DNA from: Georgenia sp. M64
Lineage (GTDB): Bacteria > Actinomycetota > Actinomycetes > Actinomycetales > Actinomycetaceae
DNA: 24,000 nucleotides
Direction: 5' to 3'
Assembly: GCF_038049925.1 (NCBI RefSeq)
Contig: NZ_CP145809.1
Location: 2,180,599-2,204,598 of the forward strand
The notes below the pieces were generated by a model. That model was not told where the DNA came from, made no database searches, and was given only the letters and a program-made list of their open reading frames with translations. Below are positions 7,854 to 17,402 of the stretch, piece by piece; the first letter of the stretch is position 1, and each line of letters opens with the position of its first letter. Position numbers and translations under genes: made by a program.

Positions 7854-9076
7854 CGAGCCATTGTCACCGGCGGGGCCGGGGAGGGGCGAACCGGGCCGAT
7901 CTCGCCGTCACGGTGCCGGTCGCGGGCGGGCGCCCGGCTGACGAGCAGGGCGGCGATGGCCGTCGTCACGGGGATCGCGAGGACGAGGCCCACGGAGGAG
8001 ACGAGGGTGCGCACGATCTCCTCGGCGATCTCCCCGGCCATGAGGGTGTCGAGCAGCGCACGGTCCATGAGCGAGGCGACCATGAGGACCGGCAGGGCGG
8101 TGCCGACGTACGCGAACGCCAGGGTGTAGACGGTCGAGGCGATGTGGTCCCGGCCGATGCGCATCCCCTGGCCGAACAGCCGCCGCCTCGGCAGCGCCGG
8201 GTTGGCGGCGTGCAGCTCCCAGACCGCGGAGGCCTGGGTGATGGTGACGTCGTTGAGGGCACCGAGGCCGGCGATGACGATGCCGCACAGGAGCAGGTCG
8301 GCGAGGGAGAGGTGGGGGAACTGCGCGGCGAGGATGAGCGACTGGTCCGACCCGGCGCCGGTGAGGTTGGCCGACCCGGTCCCCCACACCCCCAGGGTGG
8401 CGGTGACGGCGAGGCCGACGAACGTGCCGAGCAGCGCCGTCGTCGTGCGGATGGAGACGCCGTGGGCCAGGTAGAGCGAGAGGAACAGCATCGCCCCGGA
8501 CCCCACGAGCGCGACGAGCAGCGGCGGGTGGCCGAGCATGAGCGCCGGCAGGACGAACAGGAGGATGACGGCGAGGGAGGTGCCCAGCCCGGCCATGGCC
8601 GCGAGGCCACGCCAGCGGGCGACCGCGAGGACGACGGCGGCGTAGATCGCGACGAGGATCCACACCGGGCTGGAGCGCTCGAAGTCCCAGAAGACGTAGG
8701 GGCTGCCGGTGCCCATGGCGTCCGGGCTGAACATCAGGCGCAGCTCGTCACCGACGCCCATCCCGTTGGCCATGATCTCCGGCGGCACCTGGACCGGCAC
8801 CACCTGGCCTGCGCCGGTGCCGGTGGAGAGCTCCACACGGACCTGCCCGCCGTCGCCGTCGGCGCCGAGCACCTCGACGACCTCACCGGCCTCGATCGTC
8901 ATGCCGGTGCCGGCGAGCGGCACGGAACCGATCGGTGTCTCGCCCCGCGGCCACAGCGCGACCAGTCCGACGACGGTCGCGACGAGGAGGGGCAGGACCA
9001 GCGCGGCGAGGATCGCCCGCACCCGTCGGGCCTCGGCGGGGTTGAGCGGCAGCTCGCCGGAGTGGTGGTGGCTCAC
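7850..9076 (-). CDS. YibE/F-family integral membrane protein
   Basis: ORF 7850..9304. An N-terminal TM helix plus an extracytoplasmic beta-rich domain, then about 7 TM helices with the LNDVTITQASAVWEL / GMRIGRDHIASTVYTLAFAYVG block that I associate with the YibE/F family. Start trimmed to GTG 9076 (VSHHHSGELPL...); upstream codons are R/P-rich junk and the start is uncertain. Its stop, TGA 7852-7850, overlaps the dus GTG (7853-7851). Confidence 0.65.
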   Translation of the reverse strand: MSHHHSGELPLNPAEARRVRAILAALVLPLLVATVVGLVALWPRGETPIGSVPLAGTGMTIEAGEVVEVLGADGDGGQVRVELSTGTGAGQVVPVQVPPEIMANGMGVGDELRLMFSPDAMGTGSPYVFWDFERSSPVWILVAIYAAVVLAVARWRGLAAMAGLGTSLAVILLFVLPALMLGHPPLLVALVGSGAMLFLSLYLAHGVSIRTTTALLGTFVGLAVTATLGVWGTGSANLTGAGSDQSLILAAQFPHLSLADLLLCGIVIAGLGALNDVTITQASAVWELHAANPALPRRRLFGQGMRIGRDHIASTVYTLAFAYVGTALPVLMVASLMDRALLDTLMAGEIAEEIVRTLVSSVGLVLAIPVTTAIAALLVSRAPARDRHRDGEIGPVRPSPAPPVTMAR

Positions 9077-9310
9077 CTGCCCATGCTCGCCCCGCGACAG
9101 GCGGGGACCGCGCAGGCCACGCCGTCCCGGCGGAACCTGGCGGGTTCGCTCCCGCGGCGGCCGCGCCGCCGAGCGCGCACCCTCGCGTCGAGCTCGCGGG
9201 AACCGGGACCGGTCAGCACCCCAGGAGGTCCTCGCTCGACGCGCAGGCACGACCTCGGCGAACGCGGCGCCGAGCGGGCACGAGCTCCCCGCGGGCCGAC
9301 CCAAGCGGTG

Positions 9311-9337
9311 GCGCCGGCGACCCAGGGCCGCCGGCGC
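9311..9337 (-). terminator. Hairpin immediately downstream of glyQS
   Basis: GCGCCGGCG (9311-9319) / 9-nt loop / CGCCGGCGC (9329-9337). It lies 7 nt beyond the glyQS stop (9346-9344). Confidence 0.5.
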
Positions 9338-9343
9338 CGGCGC

Positions 9344-10729
9344 TCAGCAGCCGACGAGACGCTCGGCGAGGTAGCCGCGCACCTTGTCGAGGGAGATGCG
9401 CTCCTGGTTCATGGAGTCGCGCTCGCGCACGGTGACGGCCTGGTCCTCGAGGGAGTCGAAGTCGACCGTGATGCAGTACGGCGTCCCGACCTCGTCCTGG
9501 CGCCGGTACCGCCGGCCGACCGCGCCGGCGTCGTCGAACTCGACGTTCCAGTACCTGCGCAGCTCCGCGGCGAGGTTCTTCGCCACCGGTGAGAGCTGCT
9601 CGTTGCGCGAGAGCGGGAGGACGGCGGCCTTGACCGGGGACAGGCGAGGGTCGAGCCGCAGGACGGTGCGCTTGTCCACCCCGCCCTTGGTGTTCGGCGC
9701 CTCATCCTCGGTGTAGGCGTCGGCGAGGAACGCCATGAGGGAACGGGTCAGACCCGCGGCCGGCTCGATGACGTACGGGACCCAGCGCTCGTTCTTCGCC
9801 TGGTCGAAGTAGCTGAGGTCCTGCCCGGAGTGCTCGGTGTGGGTGGACAGGTCGAAGTCGGTGCGGTTGGCGACGCCCTCGAGCTCGCCCCACTCGCTGC
9901 CGCTGAACCCGAAGCGGTACTCGATGTCGACCGTGCGCTTGGAGTAGTGGGAGAGCTTCTCCTGCGGGTGCTCGTAGTGGCGCAGGTTCGCCGGGTCGAT
10001 GCCGAGGTCGGTGTACCAGGCGGTGCGGTTGTCGATCCAGTACTGGTGCCACTCCTCGTCCGTGCCGGGCTCGACGAAGAACTCCATCTCCATCTGCTCG
10101 AACTCACGGGTGCGGAAGATGAAGTTGCCCGGCGTGATCTCGTTGCGGAAGGACTTGCCCACCTGGCCGATGCCGAACGGCGGCTTCTTCCGGGCGGAGG
10201 TCATGACGTTGGCGAAGTTGACGAAGATGCCCTGGGCGGTCTCGGGCCGCAGGTAGTGCAGGCCGGACTCGTCCTCGACCGGGCCGAGGTAGGTCTTGAG
10301 CATCATGTTGAAGTCGCGCGGCTCGGTCCACTGCCCGCGGGTGCCGCAGTTGGGGCACGCGATGTCGGCGAGGCCGTTCTCCGGGGCGTGGCCCTTCTTC
10401 TCCTCGTACTCCTCGGCCATGGTGTCGGCCCGGAAGCGCTTGTGGCAGCTGAGGCACTCGGTGAGCGGGTCGGTGAAGACGCCCACGTGGCCCGAGGCGA
10501 CCCAGACCTGCCGCGGGAGGATGACCGAGGAGTCGATGCCCACGACGTCCTCGCGGGAGGTGACCATGTGCCGCCACCACTGGCGCTTGATGTTCTCCTT
10601 GAGCTCGACGCCGAGCGGCCCGTAGTCCCAGGCGGAGCGGGTGCCGCCGTAGATCTCCCCCGAGAGGTAGACGAAGCCGCGCCGCTTGGCGAGGTTGATG
10701 ACGTTGTCCAGGCGCGAGGGTGCTGCCAC
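9344..10729 (-). CDS. glyQS: Glycine--tRNA ligase (dimeric class II GlyQS type)
   Basis: ORF 9344..10729 with a GTG start 6 nt after a GGAGTGA Shine-Dalgarno-like element. Full-length match in character to actinobacterial GlyRS ([64 protein letters not shown]). Confidence 0.95.
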   Translation of the reverse strand: MAAPSRLDNVINLAKRRGFVYLSGEIYGGTRSAWDYGPLGVELKENIKRQWWRHMVTSREDVVGIDSSVILPRQVWVASGHVGVFTDPLTECLSCHKRFRADTMAEEYEEKKGHAPENGLADIACPNCGTRGQWTEPRDFNMMLKTYLGPVEDESGLHYLRPETAQGIFVNFANVMTSARKKPPFGIGQVGKSFRNEITPGNFIFRTREFEQMEMEFFVEPGTDEEWHQYWIDNRTAWYTDLGIDPANLRHYEHPQEKLSHYSKRTVDIEYRFGFSGSEWGELEGVANRTDFDLSTHTEHSGQDLSYFDQAKNERWVPYVIEPAAGLTRSLMAFLADAYTEDEAPNTKGGVDKRTVLRLDPRLSPVKAAVLPLSRNEQLSPVAKNLAAELRRYWNVEFDDAGAVGRRYRRQDEVGTPYCITVDFDSLEDQAVTVRERDSMNQERISLDKVRGYLAERLVGC

Positions 10730-10965
10730 GGGTGATCACTCCGGTACTCGAGACGGACCCGCACCTGGCTGGCGCGGGCGGGAGCCGGCGGTGACCGGCT
10801 GCGGGGACCAACCTACCGACCGGCGTGCGGGGATGCCGTCCTCGGGAGCCCGGGGGCCGGTGCGTGCGGCGCCGGGAGCCGGCGCGTGCCGCGCGGCGGG
10901 CCGATGCCTGCGGCCTGGACAGCGGTGCGTCGCACCGGCCGTGGTGCGCGCCACAGCCATCAGGT

Positions 10966-11003
10966 TTGACGATCGTTCTCAATACCGATGAGAATGATCC
11001 TCA
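10966..11003 (+). promoter_or_regulatory. znuA promoter with two Zur-box-like palindromes
   Basis: The -35 TTGACG is at 10966-10971; after an 18-nt spacer comes a -10-like GAGAAT at 10990-10995. Box 2, TGAGAATGATCCTCA (10989-11003), matches 12/15 to the actinobacterial Zur consensus as I recall it (TGAAAATGATTTTCA). Box 1, TGACGATCGTTCTCA (10967-10981), is weaker at 10/15. The boxes lie 22 nt apart. Confidence 0.55.
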
Positions 11004-11989
11004 TGACGCGACGCACCCTCCGCACGGCCGCCGCGGCGACCGTCCTGGCGACGACGCTCGCCGCCTGCTCGGGAACCGGTTCGGGCGACGGCGGCGCCGG
11101 CTCCCCCGACGGTGCCGGCGCCGAGGTCCTCGCCTCCTTCTACCCGCTGCAGTACGTGGCCGAGCGGGTGGGCGGTGACCGTGTGCAGGTCGACTCCCTC
11201 ACCCCGCCCGGGGCCGAGCCGCACGACCTCGAGCTCGCCCCGGCCGACGTCGCACGCCTCGGCGAGGCCTCCGTCGTCGTCTACCTCTCCGGCTTCCAGC
11301 CGGCCGTCGACGACGCCGTGGCCCAGACCTCGCCCGAGCACCTCGTCGACGCCGCCGCCCACGCCGAGCGGGCCGGCACCGACGACCACGCCGACGAGGA
11401 GTCGGCCGAGGCCGACGACCACTCGGCCGAGACCGACGACCACGCGGCAGAGGACGAGCACGCGGGCGAGGCCGGCGCCGACCCGCACCTCTGGCTGGAC
11501 CCCACCCTGCTCGCGGAGGTGGCCGTCGACGTCGCGGACGAGCTCGCGGCCGCCGACCCCGACAACGCGCAGGAGTACGAGGCGAACGCCGAGACCCTGG
11601 CCGGCGAGCTGACGGCCCTGGACGAGGAGTTCACCACCGGGCTCGCCCAGTGCGAGATCCGCACCGTCGTCGTCGCGCACGAGGCGTACGGCTACCTGGC
11701 CGAGGCCTACGACTTCGAGCAGGTGGGCATCTCCGGCATCGACCCCGACACCGAGCCGTCGCCCGCGCGTCTCGCCGAGATCGGCGACGTCGTGCGCGCC
11801 GAGGGCGTCACGACGATCTTCACCGAGTCCCTCGTCAACCCCAAGGTGGCCGAGACCCTCGCCGACGACCTCGGCGTCGAGACCGCCGTCCTGGACCCCC
11901 TGGAGGGCCTGGCCGACGACAGCAAGGACTACCAGGTGGTCATGCGCGAGAACCTCGCCGCCCTGAGGGAGGCGCTCGCGTGCGCGTGA
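11003..11989 (+). CDS. znuA: Zinc ABC transporter substrate-binding lipoprotein (ZnuA/TroA family)
   Basis: ORF 10988..11989. Lipoprotein signal MTRRTLRTAAAATVLATTLAAC. Acidic, His-rich loop DDHADEESAEADDHSAETDDHAAEDEHAGE, typical of Zn-specific ZnuA. Start set to ATG 11003; ATGs at 10988 and 10994 are in-frame alternatives. Confidence 0.85.
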   Translation: MTRRTLRTAAAATVLATTLAACSGTGSGDGGAGSPDGAGAEVLASFYPLQYVAERVGGDRVQVDSLTPPGAEPHDLELAPADVARLGEASVVVYLSGFQPAVDDAVAQTSPEHLVDAAAHAERAGTDDHADEESAEADDHSAETDDHAAEDEHAGEAGADPHLWLDPTLLAEVAVDVADELAAADPDNAQEYEANAETLAGELTALDEEFTTGLAQCEIRTVVVAHEAYGYLAEAYDFEQVGISGIDPDTEPSPARLAEIGDVVRAEGVTTIFTESLVNPKVAETLADDLGVETAVLDPLEGLADDSKDYQVVMRENLAALREALACA

Positions 11990-12825
11990 ACGACGGCATG
12001 AACGACGCCGGCTCGCCCGACCGCCCCGCCGCGGCGGGCGGGCCGTCGGCGGAGGTCCCGCTCGCGGTCGAGGACCTCGGGGTCACGCTCGGGCACGCCC
12101 ACATCGTGCGCGGCGTGACCTTCACCGTCGGCGCCGGGGAGATGGTCGCCCTCCTCGGCGCGAACGGCTCGGGCAAGTCCACGCTGGTGAAGTCGCTCGT
12201 GGGGATCGTCCCGGTCACCCACGGCCACGCCCGGGTCTTCGGCGCCGACGTCGGCGACCGGCGCGCCGTCCCGTGGCGCCGGGTGGGCTACGCCCCGCAG
12301 CGGGTCACCGCCACCGCCGGCGTCCCCGCGACCGCGCTGGAGGTGGTGACGTCCGGGCTGCTGGACAACCGGCGGCTGCGGCCCGGCCCCGGCGCCCGGC
12401 AGCGCGCCATGGAGGCGCTGGAGGAGGTCGGCCTGGCCGCCCGCGCCCACCGGAGCGTGCAGGTCTTCTCCGGCGGCCAGCAGCAGCGGGTGCTCATCGC
12501 GCGTGCGCTCGTGCGCCGGCCCGACCTCCTCATCCTCGACGAGCCCCTCGCCGGCATCGACCGGGAGTCGAAGGAGGCCCTCGCCGGCACGCTCACCGGC
12601 CTGCGCGAGCGCGGCACCACCGTGCTCGTCGTCCTCCACGAGCTCGGCGAGCTCCAGGGCCTCGTGCAGCGGGCCGTGGTCCTGCGCCACGGCCGGGTCG
12701 TGCACGACGGCGCACCGCCCGCCCCGGTCCCCGGCCACGACGACCCCGACCACGAGCACGACCACGCCCACGGCGACCAGCCCGTCCCCGGCTACGCCGC
12801 CCCCGACCTCTCCGCGGAGTGGTGA
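11980..12825 (+). CDS. znuC: Zinc ABC transporter ATP-binding protein
   Basis: In the frame of ORF 11650..12825. GTG 11980 lies 7 nt after GAGGGAGG and overlaps the znuA end by 10 nt. Walker [10 protein letters not shown], signature FSGGQQQRV, Walker B LLILDEP. His-rich C-terminal tail [14 protein letters not shown]. Confidence 0.85.
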   Translation: MRVNDGMNDAGSPDRPAAAGGPSAEVPLAVEDLGVTLGHAHIVRGVTFTVGAGEMVALLGANGSGKSTLVKSLVGIVPVTHGHARVFGADVGDRRAVPWRRVGYAPQRVTATAGVPATALEVVTSGLLDNRRLRPGPGARQRAMEALEEVGLAARAHRSVQVFSGGQQQRVLIARALVRRPDLLILDEPLAGIDRESKEALAGTLTGLRERGTTVLVVLHELGELQGLVQRAVVLRHGRVVHDGAPPAPVPGHDDPDHEHDHAHGDQPVPGYAAPDLSAEW

Positions 12826-13736
12826 TGGACCTCCTGACGACCCTCGGCGACATGCTCGCCAGCCCCCTCATGCGCCGAGCGCTGCTCGTCGCCCTCCTCG
12901 TCGGCCTCTCCGCGCCCGTCGTGGGGACCTACCTCGTCCAGCGGCGCCTGGCCCTCCTCGGCGACGGCATCGGCCACATGGCACTGACCGGCGTGGCGGC
13001 GGGCTGGCTCGCCGGCGCCGCCGTCGGCCTCACCCCGCACGACGTCCTCGCCGTGCCGGGCGCGGTCGTGGCCGCCGTCGCGGGCGCCATCGCCGTCGAG
13101 CTCGTCCGGGAGCAGGGCCGCACCAGCGGCGACGTCGCCCTCGCGCTGCTCTTCTACGGTGGCATCGCCGGCGGCGTCCTCCTCATCGGCCTCGCCGGCG
13201 GGACGTCGGCCAACCTCACCGGCTACCTCTTCGGCTCGATCTCGACGGTGACGACGACGGACGTGTGGCTCACCGTGGTCCTCGCCGCGGTCATCCTCGG
13301 CGTGGGTCTGGGCCTGCGGCCCGCGCTGTTCGCGCTCAGCCACGACGAGGAGTTCGCCCGGGCCACCGGCCTGCCGGTCCGTGCGCTGAACATCACCGTC
13401 GCGGTGACGGCGGCTCTCACGGTGTCGGTCTCGATGCGTGTCGTGGGCGTGCTGCTCGTCTCCGCACTGATGATCGTCCCGGTCGCGGTGGCCCAGCTGG
13501 TGGCCCGGTCGTTCCGGGCGACCATGGCGCTGGCCATGACGATCGGGGTGGTCGTGACGGTGGTGGGCCTGTCCATCACGTACTTCCGGTCGCTGTCCCC
13601 CGGGGCCACGATCGTCATGCTCGCCATCGGGCTGTACGCCGTAGTATCGGTGCTGCGCCCGTCGCTCCGGCGTCCGGCCGGGGAGGACCCCCACCTGGAC
13701 GTGGACGACGACGTCGAGGTCCGGGAGGCGGTGTGA
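12825..13736 (+). CDS. znuB: Zinc ABC transporter permease
   Basis: In the frame of ORF 12273..13736. ATG 12825 overlaps the znuC TGA by 1 nt. About 8 TM helices and ZnuB/TroCD-like blocks (LALLGDGIGHMALTGVA, ALMIVPVAVAQL). Confidence 0.85.
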   Translation: MDLLTTLGDMLASPLMRRALLVALLVGLSAPVVGTYLVQRRLALLGDGIGHMALTGVAAGWLAGAAVGLTPHDVLAVPGAVVAAVAGAIAVELVREQGRTSGDVALALLFYGGIAGGVLLIGLAGGTSANLTGYLFGSISTVTTTDVWLTVVLAAVILGVGLGLRPALFALSHDEEFARATGLPVRALNITVAVTAALTVSVSMRVVGVLLVSALMIVPVAVAQLVARSFRATMALAMTIGVVVTVVGLSITYFRSLSPGATIVMLAIGLYAVVSVLRPSLRRPAGEDPHLDVDDDVEVREAV

Positions 13737-14129
13737 TGCTGCGGATGACGCGCCAGCGCGCCGCCGTCAGCGGGATGCTCGCCCGGACGCGGGACTTCCG
13801 CAGCGCGCAGCAGCTCCACGAGATGCTGCGCGAGGCGGGCGAGTCGATCGGCCTGGCCACGGTGTACCGGACGCTGCAGTCCCTCGCCGACGCCGGCGAG
13901 GTGGACGTCCTGCGCATCGCCGACGGCGAGACCCGGTACCGCCGGTGCGGCCGGTCCGAGCACCACCACCACCTGGTGTGCCGCGGCTGCGGACGCACCG
14001 TGGAGGTCGAGGGCGCCCCGGTGGAGCGGTGGGCGGCCGAGGTGGCCCGGGACAACGGCTTCGTCGAGGTGGACCACACCGCCGAGCTGTTCGGCACGTG
14101 CGCCCGCTGCGCGGAGAGGGAAGCAGCCC

Positions 14130-14137
<8 letters not shown>
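13736..14137 (+). CDS. zur: Fur-family zinc uptake regulator
   Basis: In the frame of ORF 12503..14137. ATG 13736 overlaps the znuB TGA by 1 nt. Sequence MLRMTRQRAAVSGML...ATVYRTLQSLADAGEV, with HHHHLVCRGCG and CARC metal sites. Located at the end of znuACB. Confidence 0.85.
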
Positions 14138-15650
<1,513 letters not shown>

Positions 15651-15668
15651 TGATGAGCCGCCCACACC

Positions 15669-15699
15669 GAGGGGCCTCCCGCACTGCGGGAGGCCCCTC
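15669..15699. terminator. Strong hairpin between convergent rpf and uppS
   Basis: GAGGGGCCTCCCGCA (15669-15683) / C / TGCGGGAGGCCCCTC (15685-15699): perfectly complementary 15-nt arms. Confidence 0.7.
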
Positions 15700-15814
15700 G
15701 TCGTTCGCGCCGCGGGCCCTCGTCGTTGGCGCGGGACGCCCTCGTCGTTTCGCGCGGCGGGCCGTCGTCGTACGGGTGGGTGGCCCTTCGTCGTCGTGCG
15801 GGCGATGGCCCTAG
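15692..15814. repeat. Degenerate ~23-bp tandem array (5 copies + partial) downstream of uppS
   Basis: Copies start at 15692, 15715, 15738, 15760 and 15782. All share the core GGCCC(T)(T)CGTCGT. A sixth partial copy, GGCCCT (15807-), runs into the uppS stop (CTA 15811-15813). The first copy overlaps the 3' arm of the terminator hairpin. Confidence 0.7.
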
Positions 15815-16599
15815 ATGCCCTCGGGCCGGTCCACCGCCCCGCCGTAGCGGCGGTCGCGACGGGCGTAGGTCTCCACGGCACGCCACAGGGTGCGGCGGTC
15901 GACGTCGGGCCAGGCGTCGTCGATGAAGACCATCTCGGCGTACGCGGACTGCCACAGCAGGAAGTTCGACGTGCGCTGCTCCCCGCCCGTGCGCAGGAAC
16001 ATGTCGACGTCGGGCAGGTCCGGCTCGTCCAGGTGCCGGGCGACGGTGCGCTCGGTGACCCGCTCCGGGTCCAGCCGTCCGGCGGCGACCTCCCGGGCGA
16101 TGCTGCGGGCGGCGTCGGCGATCTCGGCCCGGCCCCCGTAGTTGACGCACATCGTCAGCGTGCACACCGTGTTGTCCCGGGTCTGCTCCTCGGCCCGCTC
16201 GAGCTCGGAGACCACCGAGCGCCACAGCCGCGGGCGTCGGCCGGCCCAGCGCACCCGCACGCCCCAGGCGTCCATCTGGTCCCGGCGGCGGTGGAGGACG
16301 TCGCGGTTGAAGCCCATGAGGAAGCGGACCTCGTCCGGTGAGCGCTTCCAGTTCTCGGTGGAGAACGCGTACGCCGAGACGTGCGTGACCCCGATCTCGA
16401 TCGCCCCGGCGACCACCTCGAGCAGGGCAGCCTCCCCCGCCTTGTGACCCTCGACGCGGGGCAGGCCGCGGGCGTTGGCCCACCGGCCGTTGCCGTCCAT
16501 GACGACGGCGACGTGCCGCGGCACGAACCGCGGGTCGATCGCGGGGGCGCGCTCGCCCGAGGGGTGCGGCGGCGGCGGGACGGGCGCGGCGGCGCTCAC
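15811..16599 (-). CDS. uppS: Isoprenyl transferase / undecaprenyl-diphosphate synthase
   Basis: In the frame of ORF 15811..16884. GTG 16599 overlaps the recO TGA (GTGA). Canonical [24 protein letters not shown] and [20 protein letters not shown] motifs. Upstream ORF codons are R-rich junk. Confidence 0.9.
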   Translation of the reverse strand: MSAAAPVPPPPHPSGERAPAIDPRFVPRHVAVVMDGNGRWANARGLPRVEGHKAGEAALLEVVAGAIEIGVTHVSAYAFSTENWKRSPDEVRFLMGFNRDVLHRRRDQMDAWGVRVRWAGRRPRLWRSVVSELERAEEQTRDNTVCTLTMCVNYGGRAEIADAARSIAREVAAGRLDPERVTERTVARHLDEPDLPDVDMFLRTGGEQRTSNFLLWQSAYAEMVFIDDAWPDVDRRTLWRAVETYARRDRRYGGAVDRPEGI

Positions 16600-17327
16600 G
16601 CGCGCTCGACCATCCGCAGGGAGCGCAGCTGGCGCTCGAGGTGCCACTGGAGGTAGGACGCCACAAGTCCCGAGGCCTCCTTGCGCTCGCGCGGCTCGGA
16701 CGCGTCGGCCTGGGCCCAGTCGCCGGAGAGCAGCGCGCCGAGGAGCGACATCGTCTCCCGGGCGGGCGAGGCCGAGCCGGGTGGACGGCAGGAGTCGCAC
16801 ACCGCGCCGCCGGCCGCGGCGTTGAACCCGCGGTGCGGACCGTCGGTGCCGCACCGGACGCAGTCGTAGCAGCTGGGCGCCCACCCCGCCACGGCGAGGG
16901 CGCGCAGGAGGTAGGAGTCCAGCACGAGGGAGGCCGCGTGCCTGCGCGTGGCCAGGGAGTGCAGGGCACCGACGAGGAGGAGGTACTGCTGCGGGAACGG
17001 CTCGCGCTCGATCTCGGTGAGCCGGGCCGCGGTCTCCGCCATGGCGTGGGCGGTCGTGTACAGCCCGTAGTCCTCACCGAGGTTGCGCCCGTAGGGGGCG
17101 ATGGTCTCGACCTGGGTGATCGTGTCCAGGCTCCGGCCCAGGTGGAGCTGGATGTCGACGACGCCGAACGGCTCGAGCCGGGCACCGAACTTCGACGAGG
17201 TGCGCCGCACCCCCTTGGCGACGGCGCGGACCTGGCCGTGCTCACGGGTCAGCAGCGTGATGATGCGGTCGGCCTCACCGAGCTTGTGGGTCCGCAGCAC
17301 CACGGCCTCGTCCCGGTACAGCTTCAC
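16596..17327 (-). CDS. recO: DNA repair protein RecO
   Basis: ORF 16596..17366. Start trimmed to GTG 17327 ([31 protein letters not shown]), which matches the usual RecO N-terminus. A Cys-rich Zn motif CYDCVRCG...CDSC is present. Confidence 0.9.
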   Translation of the reverse strand: MKLYRDEAVVLRTHKLGEADRIITLLTREHGQVRAVAKGVRRTSSKFGARLEPFGVVDIQLHLGRSLDTITQVETIAPYGRNLGEDYGLYTTAHAMAETAARLTEIEREPFPQQYLLLVGALHSLATRRHAASLVLDSYLLRALAVAGWAPSCYDCVRCGTDGPHRGFNAAAGGAVCDSCRPPGSASPARETMSLLGALLSGDWAQADASEPRERKEASGLVASYLQWHLERQLRSLRMVERA

Positions 17328-17350
17328 CCGTTCATTGTCCCCCACCGGCC

Positions 17351-17388
17351 GCCGCCCCGGCCCCATGGCGCGCGGGGCACGGGGCGGC
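17351..17388 (-). terminator. Hairpin downstream of leuA
   Basis: GCCGCCCCGGCCCC (17351-17364) pairs with GGGGC-a-CGGGGCGGC (17374-17388), leaving one bulged A. It lies between the leuA stop (17403) and the recO start (17327). Confidence 0.5.
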
Positions 17389-17402
17389 CCGGCCGCAACG
17401 CC

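Noticed and set aside
9138-9162. tRNA-like T-arm (GGCGGGTTCGCTCCCGC)
   Set aside because: The loop would be 6 nt and not TTCRANY. No D-arm, anticodon stem or acceptor pairing can be built from the flanks.
9077-9304. 76-codon N-terminal extension of the YibE/F ORF (MGRPAGSSCPLG…RGEHGQ)
   Set aside because: The extension is Arg/Pro-rich with no hydrophobic signal, and it would begin only 40 nt after the glyQS terminator hairpin. The first plausible start before the first TM helix is GTG 9076. The start remains uncertain.
6001-9592. Long ORFs 6001..7338(-), 6405..8129(+) and 7913..9592(+)
   Set aside because: They overlap dus and the YibE/F gene in other frames or strands. Their Arg/Gly/Pro/Asp-dominated sequences have no motifs, while the annotated frames carry family signatures.
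10730-10965. T-box or other riboswitch in the 255-nt region upstream of glyQS
   Set aside because: There is no T-box sequence (no ...GGUGGUACCGCG-like element on the minus strand) and no specifier-loop architecture that I can see. The region is probably just divergent promoters for glyQS and znuA.
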